In this document: piece after piece, positions 1-12,233 of the stretch | Numbering within the stretch: position 1 is the stretch's first letter | Layout of the letters: each line of letters opens with the position of its first letter | NCBI GenBank assembly: GCA_008632985.1 | Contig: QPGO01000016.1 | Span: 220,840 to 284,839, forward strand | DNA from: Psammoneis japonica | Taxonomy: Eukaryota | Direction of reading: 5' to 3' | Length of the DNA stretch: 64,000 nucleotides | The notes under the pieces: model-generated | The model's input: only the letters and a program-made list of their open reading frames with translations | Told to the model about the DNA's origin: nothing | Databases searched by the model: none | Made by a program: the position numbers and the translations under genes

Positions 1-1248
1 ACAAGTGGTAACTACGTGCCTCAGTTTCTCGTTGACAATGGGCTAGGGCTCCAAAAGTATGACACGTTTGGCGGTGGCCAATCTCCTGACTACACAAGCC
101 CGTTGCTTCTTACAGCTCTGCAGCAATTCATTTCGGCTTTTGGTGCGCAGTACGATGGTGATCCTCGTTTGGCGTTTGTTCAAGCCGGTTTGTTGGGATA
201 CTGGGGGGAGTGGCATACCTGGCCAGACCGTTGGATTCCAGATAGTACCAGAGACTCTGTCGTGTCGTGGTACCAATCGGCATTTGAAACTACGCCCTTG
301 CAGATTCGTTATCCAAAGGATGCTAGAAAGGCTACCATTGGCTTTCACGATGACTCCTTTGCACGCTTCACATTATCAAACAGGACGGGACCGTCGTATT
401 GGTTTTGGCCGACGGTAGAATACATGGAGGCCACCGACTTTTGGAGAGACAACGTCATGGGTGGTGAGCTATCACCTGATCTACAACGTATTGCCTTTTC
501 AGATGCCTTTCCCAATCCGTATGATGAATATGAACAAGATTTTGCTAGTTGCGTCGACACCACACATGCTACCTACATGATTGTGGGCTACGCCTTTTCT
601 TCGAATTTTCCTGGATATGCATACAACGATTTGACGAGAGCCAAGGCCGCAAACAACCGCATGGGTTATTCCTTTCTTGTTAACAGGGTGGAAGTCACAG
701 CGCGTCAGAATGGTTTGGTTGATGTATCTGTAGAAATTGAACAAACTGGTGTGGCTCCATTCTATTATCCCTTATCGGTATCGCTCGCTTGTAACGGGAT
801 GGATACAATGTCACTTGGTGGCGTTGAAAACATTGTTGGGCAGGGGGATACATCGACATTTGATTTTCTTAATGTAAGCTCAACATTGGAATGTTTGGGC
901 TCCCTAACCATCTCGTTAAGCTCAAGTCGAGCCTACACAAGCAATCCAGTCAAGTTGTCGCAGGGACCAGCCGGAGTTGTGGAGTTGATCATCCCTCCTC
1001 CGCCCGTCGGTTCAGGTACTTCGAATCCGACACCATCACCTACTTCTGCACCGACGATAGCACCCACGCCATTGCCTACTGGGACCCCTACAGCAAAACC
1101 GACATTGAATCCGACGCCAGCACCAACACTGGCACCGTCACCTACAGCTTTCACCGGTGCAAGTACTTCGAGCAACCAGGCAGGAGTCAAGGATCTGGCC
1201 ACCCCTTGTGATTCAGATACTCCCAACCCAACACCAAAAAGTAGATAG
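1..1248 (+). CDS. 5'-partial glycoside hydrolase-like protein (DUF4832/GH-A clan-like) with Pro/Thr-rich linker
   Basis: Open from the window start. Motifs YDGDPRLAFVQAGLLGYWGEWH, IGFHDDSFA, MGGELSP and RMGYSF...GVAPFYY are typical of DUF4832-type beta-galactosidase-like proteins. PTxxPT repeats at the C-terminus. Confidence 0.7.
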   Translation, partial: TSGNYVPQFLVDNGLGLQKYDTFGGGQSPDYTSPLLLTALQQFISAFGAQYDGDPRLAFVQAGLLGYWGEWHTWPDRWIPDSTRDSVVSWYQSAFETTPLQIRYPKDARKATIGFHDDSFARFTLSNRTGPSYWFWPTVEYMEATDFWRDNVMGGELSPDLQRIAFSDAFPNPYDEYEQDFASCVDTTHATYMIVGYAFSSNFPGYAYNDLTRAKAANNRMGYSFLVNRVEVTARQNGLVDVSVEIEQTGVAPFYYPLSVSLACNGMDTMSLGGVENIVGQGDTSTFDFLNVSSTLECLGSLTISLSSSRAYTSNPVKLSQGPAGVVELIIPPPPVGSGTSNPTPSPTSAPTIAPTPLPTGTPTAKPTLNPTPAPTLAPSPTAFTGASTSSNQAGVKDLATPCDSDTPNPTPKSR

Positions 1249-1299
1249 AAAAAACTTTTCGATTATCCCCTTGTGCAGCCTTTTCCGTTCAATGCGAAT

Positions 1300-4200
1300 T
1301 TTTCGTAGCTTCGATGCAGCTTTGGGTGCAAAGAGCATTACTGTTCAATCCTCTGGACAAGGCAATCTCACCAACCTCACTTCAACCACGTGCCTAAACG
1401 CTGTTGGGTTGCATTTTTAATTCATTCACCAAAATTTGTTGTTCTATGCACTACACCAGCAATGTCTTTTCTACGAAAACGCAGAAAGCACGCCGTACCT
1501 TGCTGACAAGAAAATCTAAAACTGCATTGGTTTCAAGGATTTATTCTTTGGTTGCTTCGGGGATTGAATCCAAGACACTCTGGAACCTTGCAGCAACGTT
1601 CTCTTCTTTCTTCATGCTCACCAAGCATTGCCCAGAACCGGTTTCATCAATGCTCTTTGCAGCTTTTGGGCTGTTCTCAGCCCACATTGATTTTTCACAC
1701 AAGTCACTCAAGTCTTGCCTGATGGGAACACAGTGCTTCCATGGACTCGAGTTCATCATGCATGACACCAATCTGTGAAATGGAAAGACACAGAGAACAA
1801 GCAATGGCAAGTTGCAAAACACTCCTGACTCTGTGATCATCAGGGGCCAGTGTCTGGTTGCACCCCAGTCATTCCTCCTCTTTTTTGCCCTTGGCTTTGG
1901 TCAGAAAATCTGCTTTTTGAACACCAGCATCATTCCACTGCACATCTTCCAGCACAAGCCTCTCCTCATGTTGCATAAAAAAAAGCACTCTGCAAAGCTC
2001 CAGCTGATGTTTGCAATGAGCCACATCCTGAGCTGTCCTCCTGCAGCCATTTTTAGACTGCTCCTCAGCATCTAACCATGTTCTCATTGACCCACTCATT
2101 GCCATCTCAAGCACCATCAAGCATGCTGGCTCTGGGTCATCCCTGCAACGTTGACCCACACATCATGAGATGCCTCTTGCTTGTCTTCTTGCAAAACGAC
2201 AAGTTTGTCAAAGGCACACACAGTTGATGCAGCTTTTGTTCAAAGTGCCAGTGGCACATGAGGGCTTGGAACATGCCAACAAGAAGTTGAGCTTGTTTTG
2301 CGGTGTTTGTGGCTGTGTGAATGACAGGACAGCAGGAGCTGCAGGTGCTCTGTTCCAGCCCAACAAGTGCACTGCATCTGAGTTGAGCAAAAGGGTCATT
2401 CCTGGGGCAATGGCTTTGGTGTGGCTCACACACCAGGCTCAAAGGCACTGCACTTGGCTGACAGCCATTTTCCCAGAAACAACCATGCTGTTGCAAAGCT
2501 GTGTCACCCATTTGGTTGATTGTGAAGGTGCCACTTGTGCACCATTTGAGGAGCATCAAGTTTTCTGCATAAAGGTGGGACTGGAAGGGGGGGGGGTGCT
2601 TGCAGCTGCACTCTCTGCTGCCCATGCCTGGGATGTGCTGTCAAAAGCAGGGTTGCGTTTGGAGCCATTGATGTCTGCAATCAGCAAGTCTGAGGGTCCC
2701 ATCTGACCCAGCATTTGAGGGTCTAGTGTGCACTCATTGATGCACCCATCAGCTTGTGACTCTAACACAGATCTTGTGCACAGAGCTCTGTCAACTCTGT
2801 GCCACCTGACCCTGCTTCTTGGAGCTGGCACAGGCTGGGATGTTCAACTGGTTGAACATCTGAGCCTCTGTGGGGCTGGAGCACATTGCTGTCCACACCT
2901 GCACACCTGCCAACAACTGTGACCTCAGCACACCAAAGGTTCTTCTGCTGCAACAGAGACCACCTGCTTTTGGTGCTTGTGTCACATGCTTTGAGCCTCT
3001 GGCACCATCAAAACAGTGCCATTGCTGCACACTGCCTTCTTCCTCTCTGTTCCCCACACAAAATTGGCAAAACACTCAACTGCATTGCTGACAATGGATG
3101 AGGGCTTCAATTGGGTGCCTTGTCACTCTGCTTGTGTTTTCACCTCACACCACAAAGTCGGTTGTTGCTCTTTGTGCTTGAAAAAGTCTGCAGGCCAACT
3201 GCTCAGCTGTTTTTCCACAAGTTTGCTTGCTCTGTGAGACATGGGCTTGCTCACTTTCAGTTTTTGTGCACTCCAAGCCTCAAACAAGGTGACAGGCAGC
3301 CTTTTGTTCTCCACTCTTGGTCAACTTTGTTGGCTCCAACATTTCCTAAAAGTTTGAGATCATGTTCACAAGTCGTCAGGGCAAGTGCCACCAAAAACCT
3401 CAAAAACTGACATCATGATGGGCAAGCAAAGCAGATTTTGGTCTTTTCATAAAAAAACAAGTAGATTTCTTGCTTGTCACTGCTTGATTTCTCCTGCAGG
3501 AGGCAATCTCAGCACAGTCAATCTCTCAGCACAGTCTGTGCATTGCTCCAACTGGTGGAAGAGAGAAGAGTGGTTCAACTTCAGATTGAGAGCTGAGGAT
3601 CCCAACTGCAGAGTGAGAGGACACCCTGCTGATGCTTGCATGCAACCAACCCAACAACTGCAAGCCAAGGATGTTGAGGGTCTCCAGGGGAACCCGGGGA
3701 ACACTTTGAGGATGATGATTGAGTGTTGCAAGGCTTCTCTGGTGCAGCTGCACCCCCCCAGTTGCCAACCCAACAACTGCAGGCCCAGGGCATTGAAGGT
3801 CTCCAGCAGAACCTGGGAAACACTTTGAGAATTGTGGTGGAGTGCTGTTGGCTGCAAGGCTCATCTGGTGCAGTTGCGCCCCCCAGTCACTTCATCAATG
3901 CAAGAATGAGAGCCAAAATGCAAAAATCCAGAGTGAAGGGACACCCCAATGCAACCAACCAGCACAATGACTGCAGGCCAAGGGCACTGAAGGTCTCCAG
4001 CAGAGGAACCTGGAAAACACTTTGAGAATTGTGGTGGAGTGTTGCAAGGCTCATCGGGCGTGTCAGTGCCAGAACAAGAGCTGAGCTTTCCAGCTCCAGA
4101 GTGAAAGGACACCCTGATGCAGCCAACAACTGACACAACAATGGCAGGCAAAGGGAACACTTGAGATTGGTGGTGGAGCATTGCAAGTCTCATTTCGTGC

Positions 4201-5000
4201 AGTTGCGCGCCGCAGTCAATTCATCCATGTGCGCCAGAGTGACAGCTGAGTTTCCCACCCCAACTTGTCCAGAGTGAAAGAACACCCTGATGCAACCAAC
4301 CAACACAACAGCTGCAGGCTGATGGCATTGAAGGTCTTCAGTGGAGCCCAGGCAACATCTTGAGAACTGTGGTTGAGCGCTGCAAGGCCCATCTGGCACA
4401 GTTGTGCCCCCCGGTCATTTTGTCCACGTTGGAGCTCTGTGGGGCTCACAACTCCAGTGTGAAAGGAAATCCTGATGCAACCAACAAAGATGCCAGCTGC
4501 AGACTGAGGATGTCAATTGTGGTTGAGCACTGCAAGGCCCATCTGGCACAGTTGTGTGGAGTCAAGTTTCATCTTCATCACCTCGCCAGAAGGAGCTGGA
4601 CTTTTGGAGCTCCCCAACCTCCAGAATGAAAGGACACCCTGGCATGGCCACCAACACCAACACACCAGCTGCAGACTGATGGCATTGGGGGCTTTTGCTG
4701 GAACCCAGGGAACACTGAGAGCACTGCGTTGACAAAAGAAACAAGATGCGCGCCGGGTGCATCGCAGATTCTCTGCTTGGTCTGCAGCCTGCTCACCACC
4801 CATCTCAGAATCATGCATTGCACACTGGCACAGAAACCTGCGTGGATTCTGTGGGTTGTTCTTTGTGGGTTGTTGTGCCCCCCCCTTGTCCACTTGGAAG
4901 CTTGAGTCGGAACGATTGTCACATTGCCAGCAAGAAGTAGATTTTCAAGCTCGTCTCTGATCTGTCGGTGAGGCACTCGGTGATGCCGACATTTCCTCAC
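1300..5000. mobile_element. Decayed repeat/TE block 1 (CpG- and TpA-depleted)
   Basis: Few CG and TA, excess TG/CA, many overlapping Cys/His-rich Tyr-poor pseudo-ORFs. Contains a tandem array at 3600-4730. TE family not identifiable. Confidence 0.65.
3600..4730 (+). repeat. Diverged tandem array (~170-185 bp units), reverse-complement homolog of the 49.6-52.9 kb satellite
   Basis: Landmark GAGTGAAAGGACACCC-like motif at ~3611, 3931, 4099, 4272, 4457 and 4624. Recurrent AACACTTTGAGAATTGTGGTGGAGTGTTGCAAGGC-like motif. Confidence 0.85.
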
Positions 5001-5914
5001 ACACCATCCCGCTCAGGGGTGCACTGACCGACACCGAAATTTGCAACTGAACCGCAATGAGCAAGGCCATGATGGCGACAAATGGATCTGATCATGACTG
5101 CGATTCTTGAAAGAGATTCTTGTCAATTGGATGTCTGTGCTTAGAAGTGGTAACCCAAGCAACAATGTATGTGCCAATTGGTGGCACCAACCCCGCGTGA
5201 TCAGAAGATCGCAGCTCGCAGCGCAATAAAGGTGCCCTGGTCTCGATTCGAACCACCTCTTCACATTTATCTTTAGACACGGCTGCCATTGCTAATTGTG
5301 TTTCTCCCTTGTCTGCTCCCTTGTGTGACAGGACGTAAATTTCGATTCGCCGACCAACATTGACAATTGTGTGCATCGCATTGCGTGCTGGTATCACTGG
5401 AGCGGCCTCATCAATGAGCACAATAGCGGAATTGGCGTGAGCTTCGTGACTTTTTTGAGGAAAACGAACAGGAAGTTAGTTCCCTTCTGGCTCAATCCAA
5501 TGTGCAGGAGGCGGCCGTCGCTCGGGCAGACGCAACAGCTTTGGTGGCAGGGATGACACGTGGTGTTTATCCGAAATATGTGTATAGCAAGCGGCATGCA
5601 CTTTCTTCCTTCCAATATGTAGGGAGGGGGTGCGCAAGCATGTGTTTCGAAACGCATGCATCCTACTCTACTGTAGGTGTACCCCACCGGAAAGAAGTAC
5701 TCTAGCTAGGCTTGTGTTCGAACCACCAATCAAAAGCGCTCTCGTCGGAGCGTACAGAGGAAACATACCGGTTTGAAATTTTCGGTTCTTACGCATACGG
5801 CTTATCTTTCCAAGAGGGATGGGTCGGAAGCAGATCCAAAAGCGTGCGTGATCATTGCCACGTGGCTTTCACATGCTGGAGAGAAAAGGATAGTCTCCAC
5901 GGGCGGTGTGAACC

Positions 5915-8338
5915 ATGACACAACTTTTGTTTGGATACCACGGCATGCTTCTCCGACGGTCAATCTCGTTTCTACTGGCTAACCGGTGGGCCAACTGGGG
6001 AATCCGTGTAGCTGTGCATGACCACCCCAGGCATCAGCTTCTGGATCCAATTGCCTCCTCCTCCACCACCACCCTCCTTGGTCATGCCTCTGAGAAAAAT
6101 CTCTTACAAAAGGACGAAGAAGAGTCCCGCCTCTTGGAGTTGATAGATTCATCGAACGAAAAACGGATGCTGTCGTCTCAAATACTTCCTTCCTATCAAC
6201 AACGCTTTTCTATACCATTAGATTACAAGAGCAAAGGGTTCAAAAGTCTTGGACAGTATCTCAAACAGTTCCCAAATATTTCCATCCGAAGGGAGCAAGG
6301 TGATAATGTTTTTGTCGCGAGCTGTTGAACCTAGTGAGATATGTCGTTCGACGGAGTCGAGGATTCTCGAGTTGATAGATTCTGCCAACGGGAAGAAGCT
6401 TTTATTTCACAAACTTCTTCCGCTCTACGAAAAGCGGTATTCTGAAACTTTGGATTACAGGAGCAAAGGATTCAAAATTCTTTCAGAATATCTTGCGCAC
6501 TATAAGACCATACAGATGCGAGAGGAGAAGGGTAACAAGGTCCTTTCTCGTGCACCGGCCAATCCCGGAATCAATGGTACGTCTTGTGATTTGATGAGCA
6601 ATATATCAAAGAAACACGGGGTGCTATATGTAGACTCAATTGATCAGCTCGAAAAGCTCCAGGCGGTTTTCCCGTTTGACCCGCTTGCTTCAACTCCCAG
6701 TGGCGTGGTTTCGAACGGGCTCGAGACAGTTGTAGCTATAGACTGTGAAGGCGTACCAGAAAATCTTTATCTCGTTCAAGTTGCAGTGTCAGAAGACCTC
6801 GTATATGTATTCGATGGGGTCGAGTTAGGAGAACGCGAACTCATTCATTTCTTATCCAGGATGCTCAGTGACCCGAAATTACAAAGCTCATGCATGACTG
6901 TCACAAAGATTCCATCGCCTTACAACACAGCGGGTTGCATCTATCCGGAACTTTGGACAGTCAGCTTGCAATGGAAGAGCATACTGGAAGCATTCACATT
7001 GGACTCAACCAAATGCTCTCCATTCTAGGTCTGGAGACGAACGATTGAAATTACGGATGAAGGCGCAAGTTGAAGGTGGGAGAGGCTTTGCCAGTCGCCC
7101 CCTATCAAGAGAACTTTTACAATATGCAGTAGACGATGTCAGGCTTTTGCTCAAGGCAGCACCAGGTTTGCAGCGCCTTCTTGGTGAGAGTTGGAGCTTC
7201 TTGCGACGAGCTTCAGATGAGCGAGCGCGTAACACGAAAAAATGGGCGGCCGAGCGCATTGCTTGTTTTGACGGGGCCAATCAAAATCGCGTCGCATCTT
7301 TAGCACTTTTGAATGAGCTTCGCCCATCGAAAGTAAGGCTTCCGCGACCTATTGAAGTTAAATCAGATATTGGTTCGATGCTGAGCCTTCTACCGCAGGA
7401 CATTGTTGGTGATCTAATGCCTTTCGCCGAAGATCTTACAGAGATTCAGTTGGATGTTGGCCGAAGGCCAATAGCATGGTGCGACAGGCTTAAACAAGAT
7501 TTAGGTAGCAATGATCGAATGGTTTCGACTATAGAGCTGGAAAACATCGCGAAGAGTGTTGGACGTTTTGGATCTAATAATCGTGCTGCAATGGAAGGGC
7601 AGCTACACCGAATTAGCGCCATCAGAAATTTATCCGACGAGATAATTGGACTTACGCTCAGGGTTGGAAGGCAAGTTATGGGGGTCACTGAAACAATTTT
7701 GGATTTATTAGACGACGAATCGGAGCCTTCGATCCTGTTTCTCGGTAAACCTGGTAGCTCAAAGACTACGATAATTCGTGAGATTGCAAACATACTGGCA
7801 GAGCAGTCAAATGTGTGCGTGGTTGATACTAGTAATGAAATCGCAGGCGATGGCGATATGCCCCATGAATGCATCGGCAAAGCCCGACGAATGATGGTTC
7901 CTTTTCTTAAGCAGAAAAGCGTGATGATTGAGTGTGTTCAGAATCATACGCCACACGCGATGGTAATTGACGAAATTGGTAGGCCAAAAGAGGTGAAGGC
8001 GGCCAAGACCTGTAAAAATCGCGGTGTCCGGCTTATCGCCTCGGTACATGGCGGGGCCTTCGACAGCTTGTAGACAACTCCGATCTGTGTGGTCTCGTCG
8101 GCGGTGTAAAGGAAGTGATTCTCAGCGATTTGATGGCCGACATTCGAGGCTCCAGAAATTGGTACGAGAGCGGGCTGAGCCTCCTATTTTCGATGTAGTG
8201 GTTGAGATTCTACACAGAGACGAATGGCGAGTGGTGACGAACACTGCTAAAGCAGTCGATGATATTTTGAAAGGGAACAAGTATCTGTCACAAGTGCGGA
8301 AGCGAGATCCATTCCGAGTAGAAATTGAACGCTCTTAA
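5915..8338 (+). CDS. 2x LOTUS/OST-HTH + DEDDy 3'-5' exonuclease + Ycf45/SpoIIIAA-like P-loop ATPase fusion (frameshifted: pseudogene or assembly errors)
   Basis: Two repeats of YQQRFSIPLDYKSKGFKSL / YEKRYSETLDYRSKGFKIL. Exonuclease motifs VAIDCEG, KLMHDC, TLDSQL and QYAVDDV. ATPase motifs LHRISAIRN, GLTLRVGR, GKPGSSKTT, VVDTSNEIAGDGD and QNHTPHAMVIDEIG. Indels near 6310, 6876, 7040, 8055 and 8145. Confidence 0.8.
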
Positions 8339-8429
8339 TTAGACTTCATTGAAGAGAAACTCTGCCATTTAAATTCTAGAAAGATCGAGAAATGATCCAA
8401 ACGATGAATTGTCACCGCAATTTGTCGCA

Positions 8430-9650
8430 GTCGACCGGTTGGTCTCGCCCTGGGTTTGCACCCTTTGGCACTCAGGACAAATTGATGAGTCAAACGGAAT
8501 GAACAAGGAGTGCAAACAACCGCCAGTCATTCAAAAACAAAGAAAGCTTGAGTTCGCTCTTTCAGCCAAGTCTTGGGGGTCCATTGCACTTGTGCCACTT
8601 GCCTCCTGGTGCATTCCCAGATGAAAGGGACTGGTTGCTGGATGTTGGCAGCTGCAGAGTTTCAACTTCAACAGCTCGCTGAAAAAGCCCAGCCACCATG
8701 GGGTTGACCACAAACAAAATTTTGTTTGGGCCATCAGAGTGGCAAAAGTCGCAGCAGCTCAAAAAAGGCACTCACACTGGTGGTGAATGGCTTCACAATT
8801 GTCAAAACTGTCTTCTGGTCAAAAAGGCAAAAAAAAATGATTCTCAGCTGCCACGACAACAAACTGCGCTGCTTTGGCTCAGACAAGCAGAGAAGGAGCA
8901 ACTTCACAAAACTTCTGCTGAACTTTGTTGTTGATCACATTTCCAGCAGAAAGACATGCTGGCATGGGGCAAAAGAGGTCTTGGCTGGCACACACAGTGC
9001 TCAAGATGCTGTGGGACATTGCACGCAATTGCTTGCAAAGCCAACCCCACGTGCACAGAGCCCACATCAACACAGATGACGCACCCAGTCACAAAAGTTG
9101 CCAGCTCAAAACCAAGTTTGAGATGGTTTGCAGGATGGCCAGCAGCAAAAATTAGCTGCAAAAAAGCTTGCTCTCCCTTTTGGCATGAAACAAGCAAAAG
9201 GTGTTGTGTGGTGTGGTGCATTGAGGGAAGAAGGAGCTGGTGTGCCAACTGTGTGACAAGCAACTGGCCTGGCAACAAAGACACGCAGAGATGGTGCCAC
9301 TGTGAAGCTCCAGCAAAATTTGACAATTCTGCTCTTTGCAGACATGCAAAATGGAAGTGTGTGTGGCAGTGCATTTTGTCAGCTCCAGAAAACACCAGCA
9401 AATGACCCGAGCGGGGCTTTCTGTGCCGAGCGACAATGTCAACCCACACACCATCTTGCACCAGGACTGGTGTCACACCACCTTTGTGTCCCTGATTTGT
9501 GGTCCTTTGAGCCCATTGTGGAGTCGTCCGCATGCAACACACTCCATCACAGCATTCTGGCGGCCGCCTGCCCCCACAGCTCCATCATCTTCTAAATTTC
9601 GGACTCCTCTTTGTTGCTGTTGGAAAAAATCGAAAAACACGTTCAATGGA
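8430..9650. mobile_element. Decayed repeat/TE block 2
   Basis: Same CG/TA depletion and TG/CA excess, followed by an AT-rich stretch at 9660-9770. Confidence 0.6.
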
Positions 9651-9960
9651 CATTGATGTTTATGCATTTATAATTTAAAAATGCATCTAATAAAACATTC
9701 GATCAAAAAAGGGATAATAGACACTTTAACGTTATACACACAAAATAAAGAATATATAAAAAGGTGGGATTCCGTTGTCACAATTTCCGTTGAAGAATTT
9801 CTGGCGGCGCGGGAAGTGCACTCGCAAATTTTCAGACGGTCGAGGGGCGCGCACGCATGCACCACGCAATTGCACCAGTCATTTTTTTTGTGGTGCACTG
9901 CATGCATCACTGCAGAGAGAGCGTGTATGCATACCGTAGCTTCTTGTTTCAGTCAAAAAC

Positions 9961-11600
9961 GATGCAAACAATATATACGATGAAAAGAAGAAGAGGAAGA
10001 AGAATGCCTTATTCTCAAAGCAGAGGGTCGCGGTTTCTTGATGGCTCACCAGAATCATCATCCTCAGCGAGACAACATACACGACCGCGTCTCAATTTTT
10101 CGGTGTTCGCTTTGCTTTGCTTTTGTTGTCTCGAGAGCGTCTCTTGTTATTCGCATGTATCCCCACGTAATGAGCTATCGAATCTGAAACAAGGCAATGC
10201 TCTTGTCAGTACATCTAGAAAGAATGCAATACGAGGAGAGCGACGACTGTCCCCGGGAGGACGACGAGGGCTGCAGCAGGACAACGATAACAACAAGAAG
10301 AATGACGACAAGAACAAAAACAACAAAACACCTCCACCATCGCCCCCACCGACAATGCAACCTACGACTCGTCAACCTACAATAGAGCCAACATACTATC
10401 CAACATACTATCCAACAGCAGAGCCCACGAGTTCACCGACCGCGTCTCCGACAGTCGAGCCTCTGAATGCACCGTTTTCCGTTCAATTTTCGCTTTCACG
10501 ACCCGATGGGTCGCTGACTGCCGAGCAAGTAGAACAAGGAAACGAGGCCAACCTGACACAATCCGTATTCAATGCACTACTCAATGTCCTTTGTTTGGAA
10601 AAAGACACGGTAGTAGTCGCGGAACAAGACAATAAGAATGGCCCAAATGTCTGTTTTCAGACGCGTAGTATACCGCGACAGAGCGAAGATCGACAGGGCA
10701 AGACCATTCTTTTGACCAATCAAGAAGAATCGTATACTGTACGAAATGAACAATCCGGTGACGTCACGTGGGTAAACTGGGATGTGTCCTATATTGCGCT
10801 ACAAGTTGGAGACAAGTACTTGGATGAAATGGAGGAAGTGGAGGCTGGTGGCCCAACTAGTAGCCATGGCAGCAGTGCCGTGGCGCTCATGGAAAAGTCC
10901 GTACAAGAGACACTCAATAACGATATTGAAGAAGGATCCTTCTTGGCCAATGGAAGAAATCCAAGTGAGCGTCGTTGGAAACGAAATGGTAACATTTACC
11001 GGACGATTACTACTACGATGACGATGACGACGAGCTTGAACCGATTGATCCGGATTTCTGGCATGCTACACGCATTGCTGGCTTTGCGCTCTTGATCTTT
11101 TGTGTCGTCTCGTTATGTATCTGACAAGGCTTTCCGCACGACGCAAAAAGAAAAAAGCCAGGGAAGCGCTTTCGGACAGTGATCCTCAATTTCTCCACAC
11201 TGAAGAAGGCTTGCACGATATGCTGATTCAATCGAGGTTCAACAAGGGTGGAAGTGGTGAGGGTTCGAATCAAGCAATTGCCAAGGACGAAGACACCCTG
11301 ACTACGACTCCTGTCAGCTCATCCGATGATTCATCACCCAAGCAAGAAAGAGTTTACCCGAGACAACCGCTACAACGACGGCCCCAAGCAGAAGCCAAGA
11401 GACCCGAACCTCCTTCGTCGTTGACTAGCTCCATCATGGACCCATCTTCGTGGGGCTTTTCTTCCTTACTCGGACCCATGCATGATGATGATGATCATGA
11501 TACAGGTTCTATCATCCCAATGGATTGTGGCGGATCGTCCATGCAAAGTATCTTGCCGGATTGGATGGCACTATCAGCGGCTGAACAAAAAAAGGAATGA
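9961..11600 (+). CDS. Single-pass membrane protein with RXL motifs and Pro/Thr linker (frameshifted); paralog of 19139..20578
   Basis: Hydrophobic segment FSVFALLCFCCL, then ERRL..RRGLQ and a PT-rich linker. After frameshifts (~10945, ~10998, ~11108) it reads IDPDFWHATRIAGFALL (TM) and LHTEEGLHDML. Start codon uncertain. Confidence 0.65.
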
Positions 11601-11654
11601 TTTTGACACCAGTATCATCACTTGTTATTTGCTATGTAGTGGAGAGAGCATTCA

Positions 11655-11867
11655 CTGTACCTTTCGTTTTTGAAGATGCATGACGTTTGCTGAATTCAGG
11701 ATCTGTATATCCTCTAAATGACGACGAGCTTAGATCATACGTCATAGCATTTGGAAAGCTTTTACCGTACCTTTCGTTTTTCAGGATGCATCACGTTCGC
11801 TAGAAGAGTAAGCCTTTCAGTATCAGTATATCCTAGACGACGACGAGGTTAGATCATACGTCATAGC
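11655..11867 (+). repeat. Imperfect intergenic direct repeat, 2 x ~100 bp
   Basis: GTACCTTTCGTTTTT...GATGCAT...GTATATCCT...GACGACGAG.TTAGATCATACGTCATAGC occurs at ~11655-11748 and ~11765-11867. Confidence 0.85.
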
Positions 11868-12233
11868 TATCCCCCCCCCTAACAACTACAATGTGTTGAG
11901 TGGCGTCGCGCTTCGCCCAAAGAAAGGTCAGAAATCTCTCCGTCTCGAGGAGCTCATGGAGGTTTCTAAATAGAAGCTACAACATGAGACTGCCACTGGT
12001 CAACCCTTAGTTACTTCGTAGCTATTCTACTCTCTAGCTAGCTAGATTGCCCCCTCTTCGTGGTCCTCGGATCGCGGCGACGTTCGGCGATGTTCACCCA
12101 CACGCGCGCACGGCGATGATCGGTGATCGGATGGTCTGTCGGAAATGCACTCGAAAACGCTTCAACACAAAAGATACGTTTTCAGTTTGACATCCATCTC
12201 TCCACATTGTTGTAACCGCAATAAATCATCATC

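Noticed and set aside
5000..5660. Possible relic gene on the minus strand at the edge of block 1
   Set aside because: Interrupted by stops and shows no identifiable homology.
8430..9910. Terminal inverted repeats, LTRs or Helitron ends for the decayed blocks
   Set aside because: No convincing termini or target-site duplications found by eye; the weak hairpin near 9859-9897 is insufficient.
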